Below are positions 12,110-24,076 of a stretch of DNA of 64,000 nt, in pieces. Position 1 is the stretch's first letter; every line of letters starts with the position of its first letter. The stretch is from Massalongia carnosa (Eukaryota): positions 1,178,001 to 1,242,000 of the forward strand of contig OZ287080.1 in assembly GCA_965645245.1 (NCBI GenBank), read 5' to 3'. The position numbers and the translations under genes are program-made. The notes beneath the pieces are model-generated. The model was given only the letters and a program-made list of their open reading frames with translations, was not told the origin of the DNA and did no database searches.

Positions 12110-13927
12110 GTGCGGCAAGACACCGTCCCTGGTAGCCAAGGGAAGTTGACCTTTTCAAAAAGACCGATTCATCGAATAAATTAATCCCAAAGCTTATTTG
12201 TCCAATATTCCCTTGGATATATCTCTTTGTCCACTTTCCGTATCCCAGTTACATAAAACATTGTTCATCCAAGCGACCTGAATTTTCATATCCTTCCGGA
12301 CAGGGGCACCATCAAATGAATATTCAACCTTAATTTACACTAAAACCTCTCCAAATCCCATCATCAAGAGCTCTCTCATTCCTCCTTAGCTTTCCCCGTT
12401 CCAAAACACCAAAATCAGCCTTTTTCGTCAGTCAACCCCCTTCATTCCTCCAAGAGGAAAAAGAAATCTAGCGAAAATCATCCATGCGGCCGCGAAAAGA
12501 AAAAAAAAGAGGAAGGTTTAGTTCGTCCGTATAATAAGTAAGATACGTTCTCTCTCGTGCTGTATTTCTTGTATAACGACGGGAAAACGCATAGTTTAAA
12601 ACGTTTATCCGCATTGCCAATCTATCTGCAGCTGATGGAAGCAAATATGGGAATATGGGAATGGAATGATACTATGTGTGCGAGAGTTGGGGACTGGACA
12701 AACGACAAAACTATGGTTATTTTGAAGATAAAATAAGGAAGTAACAGTTGTTAGTTACGTAGTCAGGAAGATTACCTAGATGTTATATATCTGGGTTCTC
12801 TTGCTCCTCACTTCAGGATCCGTTCGATCCAACCAACCAACCATAGCGATTGATGGGAAACCTCCCGAAGGACGATGAAGGAGAACTATACCTACTCATC
12901 TACCTTCACTTTAGAGGGAGTAGAATGGAATGCTGGGGCAGTTGGATGATGGCTTCATTTCAGGGTAGGAAGGGAATGGCTGTTCGTATGCCTTCGTTTA
13001 ATATGCCTCCATTGATTCTTATAGCTCCTATGTATCTAGATACATCATAAGTTGAAAAAAAAATATCAAACAACCAACTTAAGCAGATACCCAAACAAGC
13101 CAGTCCTAGAAACTTTCCCTATCTAAGTGTTGAGAATTGAGCCGAGATGTCTGCTTATTAATAAGAGCACTAACCGAATGCGGATTAAGCACTAAGGGTT
13201 ATTTCGGCCGTGGCAACACATCACTAATCATTCGAGATGTCATCTATCTGCCAGCTAAGGGAGGCAAAACGGAATATATTGTTAGATGGCGAGGCTACCA
13301 TTGGTTAGCTGGTCAGGCTACCATCAATCTAGGCATCCATCGTGAGTCACACGGGTGTCTACCAGGCACCTATGGAGGTGCCTAACAGGCAGCTATGGGA
13401 AGCCTACAGCATTACTGCTGTGTGACTGCTATAAAAGCAGGTAGATAGCCCACATAGATAATAACCCTCAACGACATGTATGCTTCTTATTTGCCCTACT
13501 TCCGTTTCATGATCAATAGCCTGGTGTTTCAACACTAAGAATAGGCCCCTCCCTGCCGCCCATTCCCTCGTTCTGTTCTATTTATCCTCCTCTTCTAGAT
13601 ACACTCCGCGCTCCCCCCCCTCCCCCCAAGTGATCGAGATCCGTACCGCGACAAACCTTGGTTCCATGCTAACGAGATGAAGCAGAAAGATTTACTCCAT
13701 CACGTGATAATCCTTAGTGAAAATGGTATGTGAAAAAACCGATTTGGTGCTAGAGAGGAAGAAAGGCAGGTTGTTGTGGGGGGAAGCAGACAGACCCAAG
13801 GGGGTGCGCGGGCCTATTTGGGTAAGCCGATTCGAGTAAGTCTTATATATGAAAGACTTGGCCTCATGCCCCTCGAAATACGATTCCATTCCCCTTTTGC
13901 TCTCTGAGTTTGCCCTGATGGTAATTA

Positions 13928-15735
13928 ACGTATTTACTAGCCAAACGGGCCAGCTACCCAGTCGGGCCACCCCACCAAAAATTTGACCAAATCATCTTAT
14001 CAACTTAACAACCATTATTACATGATTTTATCATCATCTATTTCCAATATAATTACATGAAAATATCAATATCCATACCCATCTCTTTATATACTATTTT
14101 CGCAAATTTTACCTTTCCGTTTAAGGCATGATATCTAGCCTTTTGATTGGCTATTGCCTCAGCCGCCTTCTCCTTTTCTTCCATCATTGTACGTGCTGCA
14201 CCCACAGTCAGCACCTTAGCCTTTTCACAACCCTTTCTAGACTGCTTTGTACGTCGAGTCTTTTGTTTATCAATAAGCTCCTGATTTGATTGTGTTAGAA
14301 TGGTTTTATCAGCAATAGCATTAAGAGCTATGATTTTCAGCTGTTCAACAGGCCCTCGAAGAGACGGAGTTATATTTTGTAGAAGGGTCTCACTAGTCTC
14401 TCTGATTTTCTTGATTGTTTTCGGAGTACTGATAGCGTTAATATCACGCGGAAAAGGTTTTGATCTCGATACTTTAGCTAGAACATAATTTGGATCGAGT
14501 GGTACTAGACCTGCACCTCGCCATGCAGAGCTGATGTTGATAATAGTCATGGCCTCCTTTCTAGCCTCCTGAATATAACTTAGAAAATCTATCTTCGAAA
14601 CGTTGACGGCCCCATAGCGAGAGTGATTTGCTACCCGTTTTTTATAGGCCTTAGCTAGAGGTGAAAAAACGCCCACATCCAGAGGTTGCAATAGATGAGT
14701 TGAATGAGGGGGCAAACAAAGCGGTATGATTTTATGTTGCTCGCAATAAGTCATAAAATCGATAGATACATGACTTTCGTGTCCATCGAGTATAAGAAGT
14801 CTATAAACGCCCTGCGTATGTCGAGTATGCAAATCGAACACCTCTTTCAGCCAATGGAGTGCTATTTCGTTGGTGGTCCATCCATTGGGACTGACTTGTA
14901 AGGTGGTCCTATTATCCTTGATAGGACCTAGCCAGGCTTGCTGTACTCGAACTCCTTGAAATATAAAATAAGCTGGTAAAACGGATCCCAAAGATGAAAC
15001 ACATTCAATCATTGAAACCCAGTCCCTATTACCCGAATGGACGTTGAATGCTTCAGCTTCAGTGACTTTTACTAACACTTTGGAGCTATCGGCGATGCCC
15101 ATGGCAAACCCTTTTTCATCCATGTTGTATACATCTCCGTCGGCTATTCCATACTTCGTTCGGGTAGTCGAGTATAATTGATACCAGTCTTTTATGATAT
15201 CAACGTTTCCAGCATCTTTTCGGACTTGATCCAGATTTCTACTGTATTTGCACTTGAAATCAGGGTGTCTCTTTAAAAAATTCTGATACCAACAATGACC
15301 CAAAGGCTCGCTATCGCCCTTCGCATTCAGAAGATTTTTTGCCATGCTTTCTAGATGTTGTATGCGTGGGGGCCAGCCCCACTCGGTCATCTGTTCTATC
15401 CAGCCAATCAGAGCCCTTTCCTCAATTACTGATAATCGTTGAGACTCTTCATGATAGGTTTTGGCTGATTTCCGACCGTGAATACGTGCTTGAAGGGTAG
15501 ATCTAGGCACGTTATACTCCTTAGCTAATTGACGCTGAGATATAGCAGGATTTCTTTTCAACTCAGCGATAGCTAATTCCATTCTAGTATCAGAACTATT
15601 AACATCAATGATGGTTTCATTTGATGAGGCCATGGTGGTGTAGTACAAGATGCAAGGCGAAAAAGTTGAAATTTTGGTGTTGGTTTTGGTGGGTGGCCCG
15701 AATGGGTAGCTGGCCCGATTGGCTAGTAAATACGT
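13928..15735 (-). mobile_element. Fot1/pogo-type transposon, apparently intact
   Basis: ~45-bp TIRs ACGTATTTACTAGCCAA..., TA on both sides. Confidence 0.95.
14053..15648 (-). CDS. Fot1/pogo transposase (HTH_psq, CENP-B HTH, DDE_1)
   Basis: 531 aa uninterrupted; YNMDEKGF, LDGHESH, LQPLDVG. Confidence 0.95.
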   Translation of the reverse strand: MYYTTMASSNETIIDVNSSDTRMELAIAELKRNPAISQRQLAKEYNVPRSTLQARIHGRKSAKTYHEESQRLSVIEERALIGWIEQMTEWGWPPRIQHLESMAKNLLNAKGDSEPLGHCWYQNFLKRHPDFKCKYSRNLDQVRKDAGNVDIIKDWYQLYSTTRTKYGIADGDVYNMDEKGFAMGIADSSKVLVKVTEAEAFNVHSGNRDWVSMIECVSSLGSVLPAYFIFQGVRVQQAWLGPIKDNRTTLQVSPNGWTTNEIALHWLKEVFDLHTRHTQGVYRLLILDGHESHVSIDFMTYCEQHKIIPLCLPPHSTHLLQPLDVGVFSPLAKAYKKRVANHSRYGAVNVSKIDFLSYIQEARKEAMTIINISSAWRGAGLVPLDPNYVLAKVSRSKPFPRDINAISTPKTIKKIRETSETLLQNITPSLRGPVEQLKIIALNAIADKTILTQSNQELIDKQKTRRTKQSRKGCEKAKVLTVGAARTMMEEKEKAAEAIANQKARYHALNGKVKFAKIVYKEMGMDIDIFM

Positions 15736-15935
15736 TATTGGGATTTTGTATTGGGAACTCTTGGTACTTTTTATGTCCTTGCATTCATTTTCCGACTTTT
15801 TGATATCCTATCTGCTCTAGGTTTTCAAGCAAAATCATAGTGTTCGGTCATGTGCATCGAAACGACATGTGGACTTGAATGTAGCATATATATTCCACCT
15901 ATCACCGTTCATGTGTTGCGTTGATGTTAAAATTA

Positions 15936-18575
15936 GGGAACGGATAACAGGACACCACTTTGGTTAGATAAACACCACCTCCGGTTAGGTAAACACCGCT
16001 AGCCCAGGTAGGGTAGATTCCTCGGCCCCGCCCGCCTCTTCCCCTTTTAGGTCTAGCGGTTGAAACTCCCACATTCTACCTGCACCTCATCCTTGCACTC
16101 ATATTTCACATTTGATCTGCAGGCACCCTGCCGCCGCCACGTCGTCATGCCGCTTCGACCTCCCGAAGATAGTCAATCCTTTGCCTCACTAGAAGACCTG
16201 TTGCTTAGAGTCAATGAGCATGCCGCCCCCGAAGGCTACGCCGTGGTGCTTCTTCGAACCAAGAAAACCAAGCTGGGAGTGAGAAATAAAGCTTGGTTAA
16301 AATGCGACCGAGGTGGAAAAGTCAGAGAACCGCAGGGTCAGGATCGTCGGCACACCAGCAGTCGACTAATTGCTTGTCCATTTGCCCTGACAGCCAAAAT
16401 GGACGACGAGGTATGGTTTTTGGAGGTGGTAAATGGGACACACAATCATCCGTCCAGTCTTGCTGGCTCTCATCCTGCCTTGAGAAAAATCGCTCTGACC
16501 GGTGTAAAGGATGACGTTACCAGACAGTTAACAGTACAAACGTCGGCATCAAAGGTGTTGTCTAGTCTGCGTGTTCCCGATGTGAATGCAGATCTCAATC
16601 CTCATGATCCCAATGCCGAGATCATTGTGAATCCGATGTTTAAACCTCGGGACATCTACAACTTAAAGGCGCAGATGAGACGTGATGTCTTGGGACCATT
16701 GACTCCTATTCGGGCATTGATTCGTGAGTTTGATGAAAAGGATTGGGTGTACAACTTTCAACAAGACATTCATCAGCAGATTACGCATCTTTTCTTCATC
16801 AAGGGCTGTTCCTAAACTCTTCTGATAGATAATCATGAAGTTCTCATTATGGATTGCACGTACAAGACCAATCGATACAAAATGCCTCTTCTCGTCATCA
16901 GCGGACAAACCGCGCTACATACTACCTTTTATGTCGCCTTTTGCTTTCTGATCACGGAGACAGCAGAGGACTACATCTGGGCTTTACAGCAATTGAAGGA
17001 GGTGTATTCTCGATTGGAACTTCCTGATTCGATTATACTCGTGTCCGACATGGAGAAAGGATTAATGTTGGCATCTTCCATAGTCTTTCCAAATATCAAT
17101 CATTTGCTATGCATCTGGCACATCAATCAGAATGTGTTGACAAAGTGCAAAAAATCTTTCGACAATGAGGAATGGAAGATCTTTTTGTCAGATTGGAAAT
17201 CATTGATCTATGCAGCAACCGAGCCTCAATTTTGGAAGCTATGGGAGCAGTTTTCTGCTACCTATATGACTTCTCATGAAGATTGTATTCGATATTTGAA
17301 GTCCACCTACATTGATAATCATCGCGATCGCTTCGTGGCATGCTACACCAACAAGGTGCTGCATTTTGAGACAACGGTAACGTCGCGAGGGGAAGGCGCA
17401 CATGCAGTATTAAAACGTCAATTAGGATCATCGACCGGAGATTTGAAGCTGGTAGTTGACGGCATTAATCTGCTACTAACAAATCAGTATCATGATCATC
17501 TGATTGCTTTTGAAGAAGCCAGAACACGTTTTCCACTTCATCTTCGCAAAGTTATCTTTCAGCAACTGAGAGCATTTATCAGTCCCTATGCCCTGAAAAA
17601 GATTCTACACCAATACGAGTTATTAACAGGAAGACCGACTGTTATTCCAGCTTGTACCAACGTCTTCACTACCATCACCGGCTTGCCTTGTAGTCATCTG
17701 ATTCAGCAACGATTATTCGAAAATGAAGGAAGTCTGAAATTGGAAGATGTGCACCCGCATTGGAAGTAGGTTATTGTCATCTGATCGATGGTCAGCGATC
17801 AGCTACTAACAACAGTTCAAGGTTGGAAAAGCGCGCCCCTCCGATTGCTTTGATTAATCCTCTTCTTCTAGTGAGGGAACCGGAGATAGCCCGACCTCGT
17901 GGTCGCCCTCAGGGAGCGGAAAACAGACGAGCGGAGGCATTTGACAATTCCACTCATCGATTACCATCTCAATTCGAACGGGTTGAAATGGAAACAGCTG
18001 ATGCAATAGCTCCGGAGGTGGAACGAGCTATTCATCGAGCCAATACTACACCAGGCAGGGTAGGACGTCGGGGGCGAGGGCGAGGGCGAGGGCGAGGACG
18101 AGGGGGAGGGAGAGGAGGGGGAGGGGGGATTGGTGAAAGAGCTGAGACAAACACAAGGACTGGCCGAGCTAGGGCTAGGGCTAGTCGAGGCAGAGCTGGT
18201 CGAGGAAGGGGAGACGGGATTGGCGGGGATGCAGCAGATGGAATTGGCGGGGATGCAGCGAATGCGGCTCCAATCAACTGATTTGCATTACTAAGCTTCA
18301 AATAAAGGGTGCGATTCATGAAGACAGTGCCAATCGACAAATCCAATGTCTAGTAATCGATGGTTGAAAGCTGAATTGAATTTTTTCTTGAGGTGTCAAT
18401 GTTGGGATGTGGACTGCTAGACCTAAAAGGGGAAGAAGGCGGGCGGGGCCGAAGAATCTACCCTACCTGGGCTAGCGGTGTTTACCTAACCGGAGGTGGT
18501 GTTTATCTAACCGGAGGTGGTGTTTATCTAACCGGAGGTGGTGTTTATCTAACCAAAGTGGTGTCCTGTTATCCG
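15936..18575 (+). mobile_element. Mutator-like element (MULE)
   Basis: ~100-bp TIRs (GGGAACGGATAACAGGACACC.../...GGTGTCCTGTTATCCG); right tip appears to lack TTCCC. Confidence 0.9.
16148..18281 (+). pseudogene. MULE transposase with a premature stop
   Basis: FAR1-like C...C..HNH, MDCTYKTN, SDME, LCIWHI, GEGAH, GLPCSH; TAA at 16813-16815; likely intron ~17766-17821; RG-rich tail. Confidence 0.88.
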
Positions 18576-18586
18576 AATTAACGTAT

Positions 18587-20926
18587 CCCTCTCGCTGGTG
18601 AATTGGCACCCCCCTTCCGCACTAGCTGTTAGTCGCATAGTGTTAGTAAGCAAGAACATCAAAATTTGTTTACTTTCTACCTCAAAACAATCACCATTAT
18701 TATCATTAGAAAAATAAATCTCCTTACCAGCAAATTACTTCAAACATCAGATTATATTTTATTCAGCGTCATGGGACTAAATGAAGAAGAAATTCCGAGT
18801 GTTTCAGACAAATCCCCCGTTTCAGCAAAGCAACATAGGATAAATAGCAAACGCACTGTTAAAAGCATCTTGGCTGACATTCCTCCTCCTCTTTCGAGTT
18901 ACAAACCCATTTCAATTGATGATAGACCTCCAAGATCGCTGGTGAATGGTCTTGTTGATACTCCTCTTGGATTTTTTCAGCTCTTTATTACGACTCAGCT
19001 CTGTCGGACCATCGTATATCACACGAACATCAAGGCTCACGATCATAAAGAGAAAGAAAAGGAGAATAATCATCGCCTATGGTATGACACCATTGGACCA
19101 GAAATTGAGGTTTTTTGGGCATTCTTTTGTTTATGGGCATTGATCATGCGCCTGCCACGGAAGATTACTGGAATCAATGCCCCGACAAGCCCATTTTCCT
19201 ATCTATTTCACAAGCCATGTCCCTCGTACGATTTCAACAAATCAAGAGATTCTTAAAGCTTAATAATGGACGTACAGAACCTCCGCGCATGGGCAAAGGA
19301 GTCGATTGGTGGAAGAAGTTGGAACCTCTTGCTACTGATTTTCGTCAGGCCTCGTTGAAGTACTATCAACCAGGAAGCATCATATCAATTGATGAGCAGC
19401 TTATTAAATTCGAAGATCGATCACGTCATACTCTACAAATAACCTCAAAGCAGGCTGGAAAGGGGTTTAAAATATATAGTCTTTGTCAGAATAACTACTT
19501 GATATCTTTTTTGTTTGCCTCCAAAGTTAGTATCTTTCTAAAAAATTAAATCTCATTTTCCCTTTTTGATCTTTGAATCGTGATCTCTTTCGGACAAAAT
19601 TCCATGAAACCTTGTGTTTTTGCTGTAAAAACCTTCTGTTTTCTGTCGCTTTTCCCAACATAACTGCAATGATTAACACGTATCAGGTATAAAAATCAGT
19701 CAGTTAAAAACCGCTAGACAACTGGGCTTTTTAGCAAAGGATGGCCTTTCGGATAGTGCTTTGCTGGTAATTCAGCTTTGTAAGACACTTCCTGAACCAC
19801 TGAATTACACTCTTTTCTGCGACAACTTCTTTACCAGCACAAAGCTATTCAAAGCTCTTCGATCACTAGGAATTGCTGCATGTGGAACAGCTAAAAAAGG
19901 CTCTGGATTTCCCGTGAAGTTGTTGGCTCTGCGGGATGTGGCCATTAAATCCAAACATTGGGGACTTCGGGCCAGTACGACTGTGGATGAGGTGCTCTGT
20001 TTGGGATGGGTGGACAATAACACCGTTCAGTTGATGACTACTCGTCATCATCCTCGGGAGCTTGATGACTCGTACTATTTACATCCGCTTAAAAGGCATG
20101 GAATTCCAGAAGACTCCGTTCAGCCAATCATACCCATACCATACTATCCCTTAATGTACGCTCACATCATTTTGCTGCCTGATCAAACACCTTCATGGCC
20201 TTTAGGCCTACCGATTCCCGCACCAGTCAGAGAATATAATCTTCACATGGGTGGGTCACATGGAAATGCTCAGCAGAGAGCGGTTTATTCTTATCAACGC
20301 CGAAGCGATCGATATTGGTGGCCACTGTTTATTTTTTTGTTAGATGCTGCTGCGCTCAATGCATACAAGCTTTATCTAATTGATGATTTCAGAACAGAAG
20401 GAAAAAAACTCACTCGTACGGATTTTACTCATCATCTTGCCCTTAGTCTGATGAAGAATCCCGCTGGACAAACCCGACGACATGAGTCAAAGATAAGGAT
20501 TCAGACCAACTCTGAGCCTTTAGTTTCTACCCCCGAGCACCATTATATTCATCTAGAGAAGAAGCGGAAATGCGAGCCCTGCAATGTCAATAAAACAAGG
20601 CCCTCCAAAAGAAAAGGGGAGCCTTTGGCTGAAAGAGACGCTAATGGCAGGAAAAGAAAGCAGCGAGGTTCTCAAACAAGATGGGCGTGTGGAGGATGTC
20701 ATCCAATCAGACCTTGTTGTAAAAATCAGGCCTGCTGGGCGGCAATACATTTGAACTGAAAGAAGTAGATGGAGTTCAGGTAGATAGTAATTGATTGGGC
20801 AATTCTTAAAAAGGGTCAGAAAGGGGTAGCAAGCCGCTTATTTGATTGGTAGATATTTAAGGTTTCGGGAGCTCTAAACCATCTATAGCTAGTGCGGGAG
20901 GGGGTGCCAATTCACCAGCGAGAGGG
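18587..20926 (+). mobile_element. piggyBac-transposase element (copy A)
   Basis: TIRs CCCTCTCGCTGGTGAATTGGCACCCC/GGGGTGCCAATTCACCAGCGAGAGGG; flanks TAT and ATA rather than TTAA. Confidence 0.9.
18771..20759 (+). pseudogene. piggyBac transposase pseudogene
   Basis: SIDEQL, FCDNFFTS, YNLHMGGSH (third catalytic D appears to be H), C-terminal Cys-rich domain; frameshift in T run ~19110; intron-like segment ~19526-19686. Confidence 0.88.
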
Positions 20927-22784
20927 ATACATTACGTGTGCATACCGGAATATTTTGCGTGCCGAATGCTTTCACGGTATTAAAAGAATTGTTTGCTTCT
21001 GATGTTGATTCCATGTCTCTAGTTTTGGCTTTTTGGCTTTCTATCATCCTCCATCACTATGGAACTTTCAAACATCGCTTCATCCTTTCCCTATCATCCT
21101 TTTGCTTGTCTGCTTTCTTTTCTCAGCTTCATCTTAACTTTATCTATACCCTTTGGTCTCCTTGTGGTATTCTGGAGCATGCCCTTGGGCTTGAGTCCAA
21201 ATTTATTGTGTATTCAACCTGGTAGACTGTTAGTTTGCTCCGAACATTCTACTTCCTCGTGTACCAGCCATGTTACTGCATGGCCCATTTCGTTGGCGCT
21301 ATAGGCACTGGCTTCCCTGGTCCATTGCCCATTTCGGATATCGCCCATTTCCAAGCATCCACCACTCTCTCAGCTCGGTTTGTCCTAACACAGGTCACTA
21401 GTGTGATTCTCCATCCTTTCGCACATCAGAAGTGTGATGACTAACGTTCATTAGTAGCATTGCCCTCAGGTCGTTTGATACGGAGAAACAATAAGGGATC
21501 CGTGAAGTTTCCTGGGGTGGAGATAAAAGGGGTATTTTGCGGGCGTTTTCTTCGTACATCTCTCAACATCATCCGTACACAAACACAACATCTTCCACAT
21601 CATCTTTGTCACATATTCATAGTGACAACACATTCATTCGTGCAGTCTAGTCGAGTTCTTGCTATGTCTATTCAATCGTAGGCTCATTCGATCATTTGTG
21701 TGTTCACTGCTCAGTTGGCCATCTATCTATCACGTCGCACCTCCTTCCACTAGCACGCATCTTTGCCATTCATCACCCTTCTCAATAGGTTCCTAATTGA
21801 ATGAAAAGAAAAAAATCTTTACTAAATGATATGATTCACCTAGCCGTATTATTTTGGTTTAGAAGATATAGTCCTCATGAACTAGTAGCATAATCAACGC
21901 GTTATGACATGTTCGTCAACTATCATATTTCGTCACAGCAAACATTTTTCTCTAACCCCCATATAACAACCTTGTAACGAACATGTATCTCGATATGAAA
22001 TAAAATTTCCAACTTCCCTCTCCAAGACCAACCAGACCAACCCTGCTTCCTTGCAAAATGAATGGAACCCGAATACCCATCTATCTCCTCTCCATCCAGA
22101 ACTATAAATGAAAGAACCCTCTATTCATGTCTTCTCATCGTCAGCAGCGCTCCAATGCAAGTTATGTATTATCAATAGATATCAGTGCACGACGAAACTA
22201 TCTCCCCCGGAGTTTTTTTTTTGGTTCTTTGTTTTTCTCGGAAGGAGCAGAATGATATTAAATGGCATATGAGCGCGCAGCCCGTAAAAGAAAGCGAGTC
22301 ACGAGGGGACATCAGCAGTGAAAGATAAAGTGAAATGAAGAAAAAAACCGAGGAGATGAAACTGGCTGGAATGGCGAATCGCTTGCGCTTTTGATAGGAT
22401 TTAGGGGGAGAGGGATCGTGGAGGAGGGATGAGTGCAGAGGGGGGGTTAATGGAATCGGAACGAGACCTATCTGAGCCTGGAAAGGGGAGGGTGATATGC
22501 ACATTCTTCTTGTTCGTCTAGTAAGTAGGTAGATTCGTGTATAGGTGGATGTAAAACCATAACGACCTCCGCCCCGCCTAAAACCTACCTTTCCTGGAAG
22601 AATTCCAAGTCTACACCCATCCGCCCCCCTCTGAGGCTGAAATATAAGATAGTTAGGTATTAGTCTTTGGAAAGCCTCTATGAACTGATGAATCAAGGGG
22701 TCGTGAAAAACTTATATAGCTTCAATGGCCTAAATAGTTACTACAAAGATCATTCGAAATAGAGGTATATTACATTGAAAAAAA

Positions 22785-23724
22785 TCATCCGGGTATCTCA
22801 TATGTTTGAATTTTTCCTTTCCCCGTCATCTCAAAGACGCCCACATGAGTCCCATCTTGGCCGGGCAGCTCGCTGCTTGGGATCGATTTGTGGGATTGGC
22901 CAGCCGAAGCCCCACTCTCCAGCTCGCTTTGATTTTGGCGCAAAGACTCTTGAGCTGCAAGGCGACGCTCGAGCGCCCGGGTGCGGCGTCGCTGGTGGTA
23001 TATCCAAGCCCCCAAAAGCGCAATCATGACCACACCTAGGGACGAACCGATGCCAATTCCAGCTTTAGCACCAGTGGTAAGATTGGAAGACTGGGGGTTT
23101 GAGGTGGGTGTGATTCTTGCAGGGTCTATAGTTGGGGTGGACGAAGAGGCTGGAGTCACGCTTGTGGATGATAGACTCGCTCTTCTGGATGATAGATCCG
23201 CTGTTATAGACGACAGACCCGTTCTTGTGGATGATGGCAGACTCGCTCTTATGGATGTCGCGACAGCACCGCCAATGGTAGTCATATTCGTCCCTGCCTT
23301 GAGGGTGAACGCATCGTTGCAGCAAGAGTACCCGGAGAACGTGCCAGCAGGATCACAGCAAAACGAGCTGTTGCCACAATCTGTCATAGACGCACCGTTG
23401 TTGACCGGAACTGTTCTAGTTATCAGCGCAACCGTTGTAAGTTAGGAACCACCCAAGACACATACATCTCCTACAAAATCCGGGGCAGAGAGCGGTATTC
23501 CAATCCTTGTCCGTGCAACTTCCTCTGTTGACGGGATTCGTGCCAGGGTCACTCCCCAAGCACAACATGTTGGACGTACAAACATATCCCTTCGCGCAGC
23601 AGAAGCTTTCAGTCGCATTCGGGAAGCAGGGCTGGTCTTCGGACAAGTCCCCGTCTGGGTAGTAGCAGCTGGAAGCCGAAAAGACTGGGAGGATAAACCC
23701 GAAGAGTAGAGGTATGATATACAT
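22785..23724 (-). CDS. Single-pass membrane protein: Cys-rich ectodomain, Ser/Thr stalk, Mid2-like TM
   Basis: Signal peptide, CYYPDG...CC...C...C...RGSCTD..W...CP..C; GAKAGIGIGSSLGVVMIALLGAWIYHQRRR; one intron at ~23415-23465. Confidence 0.85.
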
Positions 23725-24007
23725 TATGATGCGGTTATCAAGAAGGAAACATGAAAGATTGAACGAAGGCATATCTGCCCCCTTAATTCCCCAAGGTCGA
23801 AGTATATATCTACATGGTACATGGTATAGTTAGAAATGTTGAATTCGCTGTCGTTAGTAAAAGCTATTGTTCAGCCGCAGCTGATTGTCAGCAGTTCGTG
23901 GTTTCATTTGTTTAGTACTTGATTGAGAAGGAGTAATTTTTGGGTTCAAACACTTCACAGGCTCCTATCTACAATTCTACAACGACAATAAGGATTCTGA
24001 GATAAGA

Positions 24008-24076
24008 GTCGAACTCTGAAGTTCTTTAAGCTGTGTCTCTAAGTGTCGAACTCTGAAGTTCTTTAAGCTGTGTCTC
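24008..24076. repeat. 32-bp direct tandem duplication
   Basis: GTCGAACTCTGAAGTTCTTTAAGCTGTGTCTC twice, 5-bp spacer. Confidence 0.9.

Noticed and set aside
12781..13534. Possible solo LTR (TGTTA...CAACA)
   Set aside because: Flanks CTAGA/CTAAG match poorly; no second copy or coding support.
18477..18560. Regular 21-bp repeats resembling a CRISPR array
   Set aside because: No unique spacers; part of a MULE TIR in eukaryotic DNA.
20935..21900. Possible decayed coding or TE sequence
   Set aside because: No recognisable motif in the frames examined.
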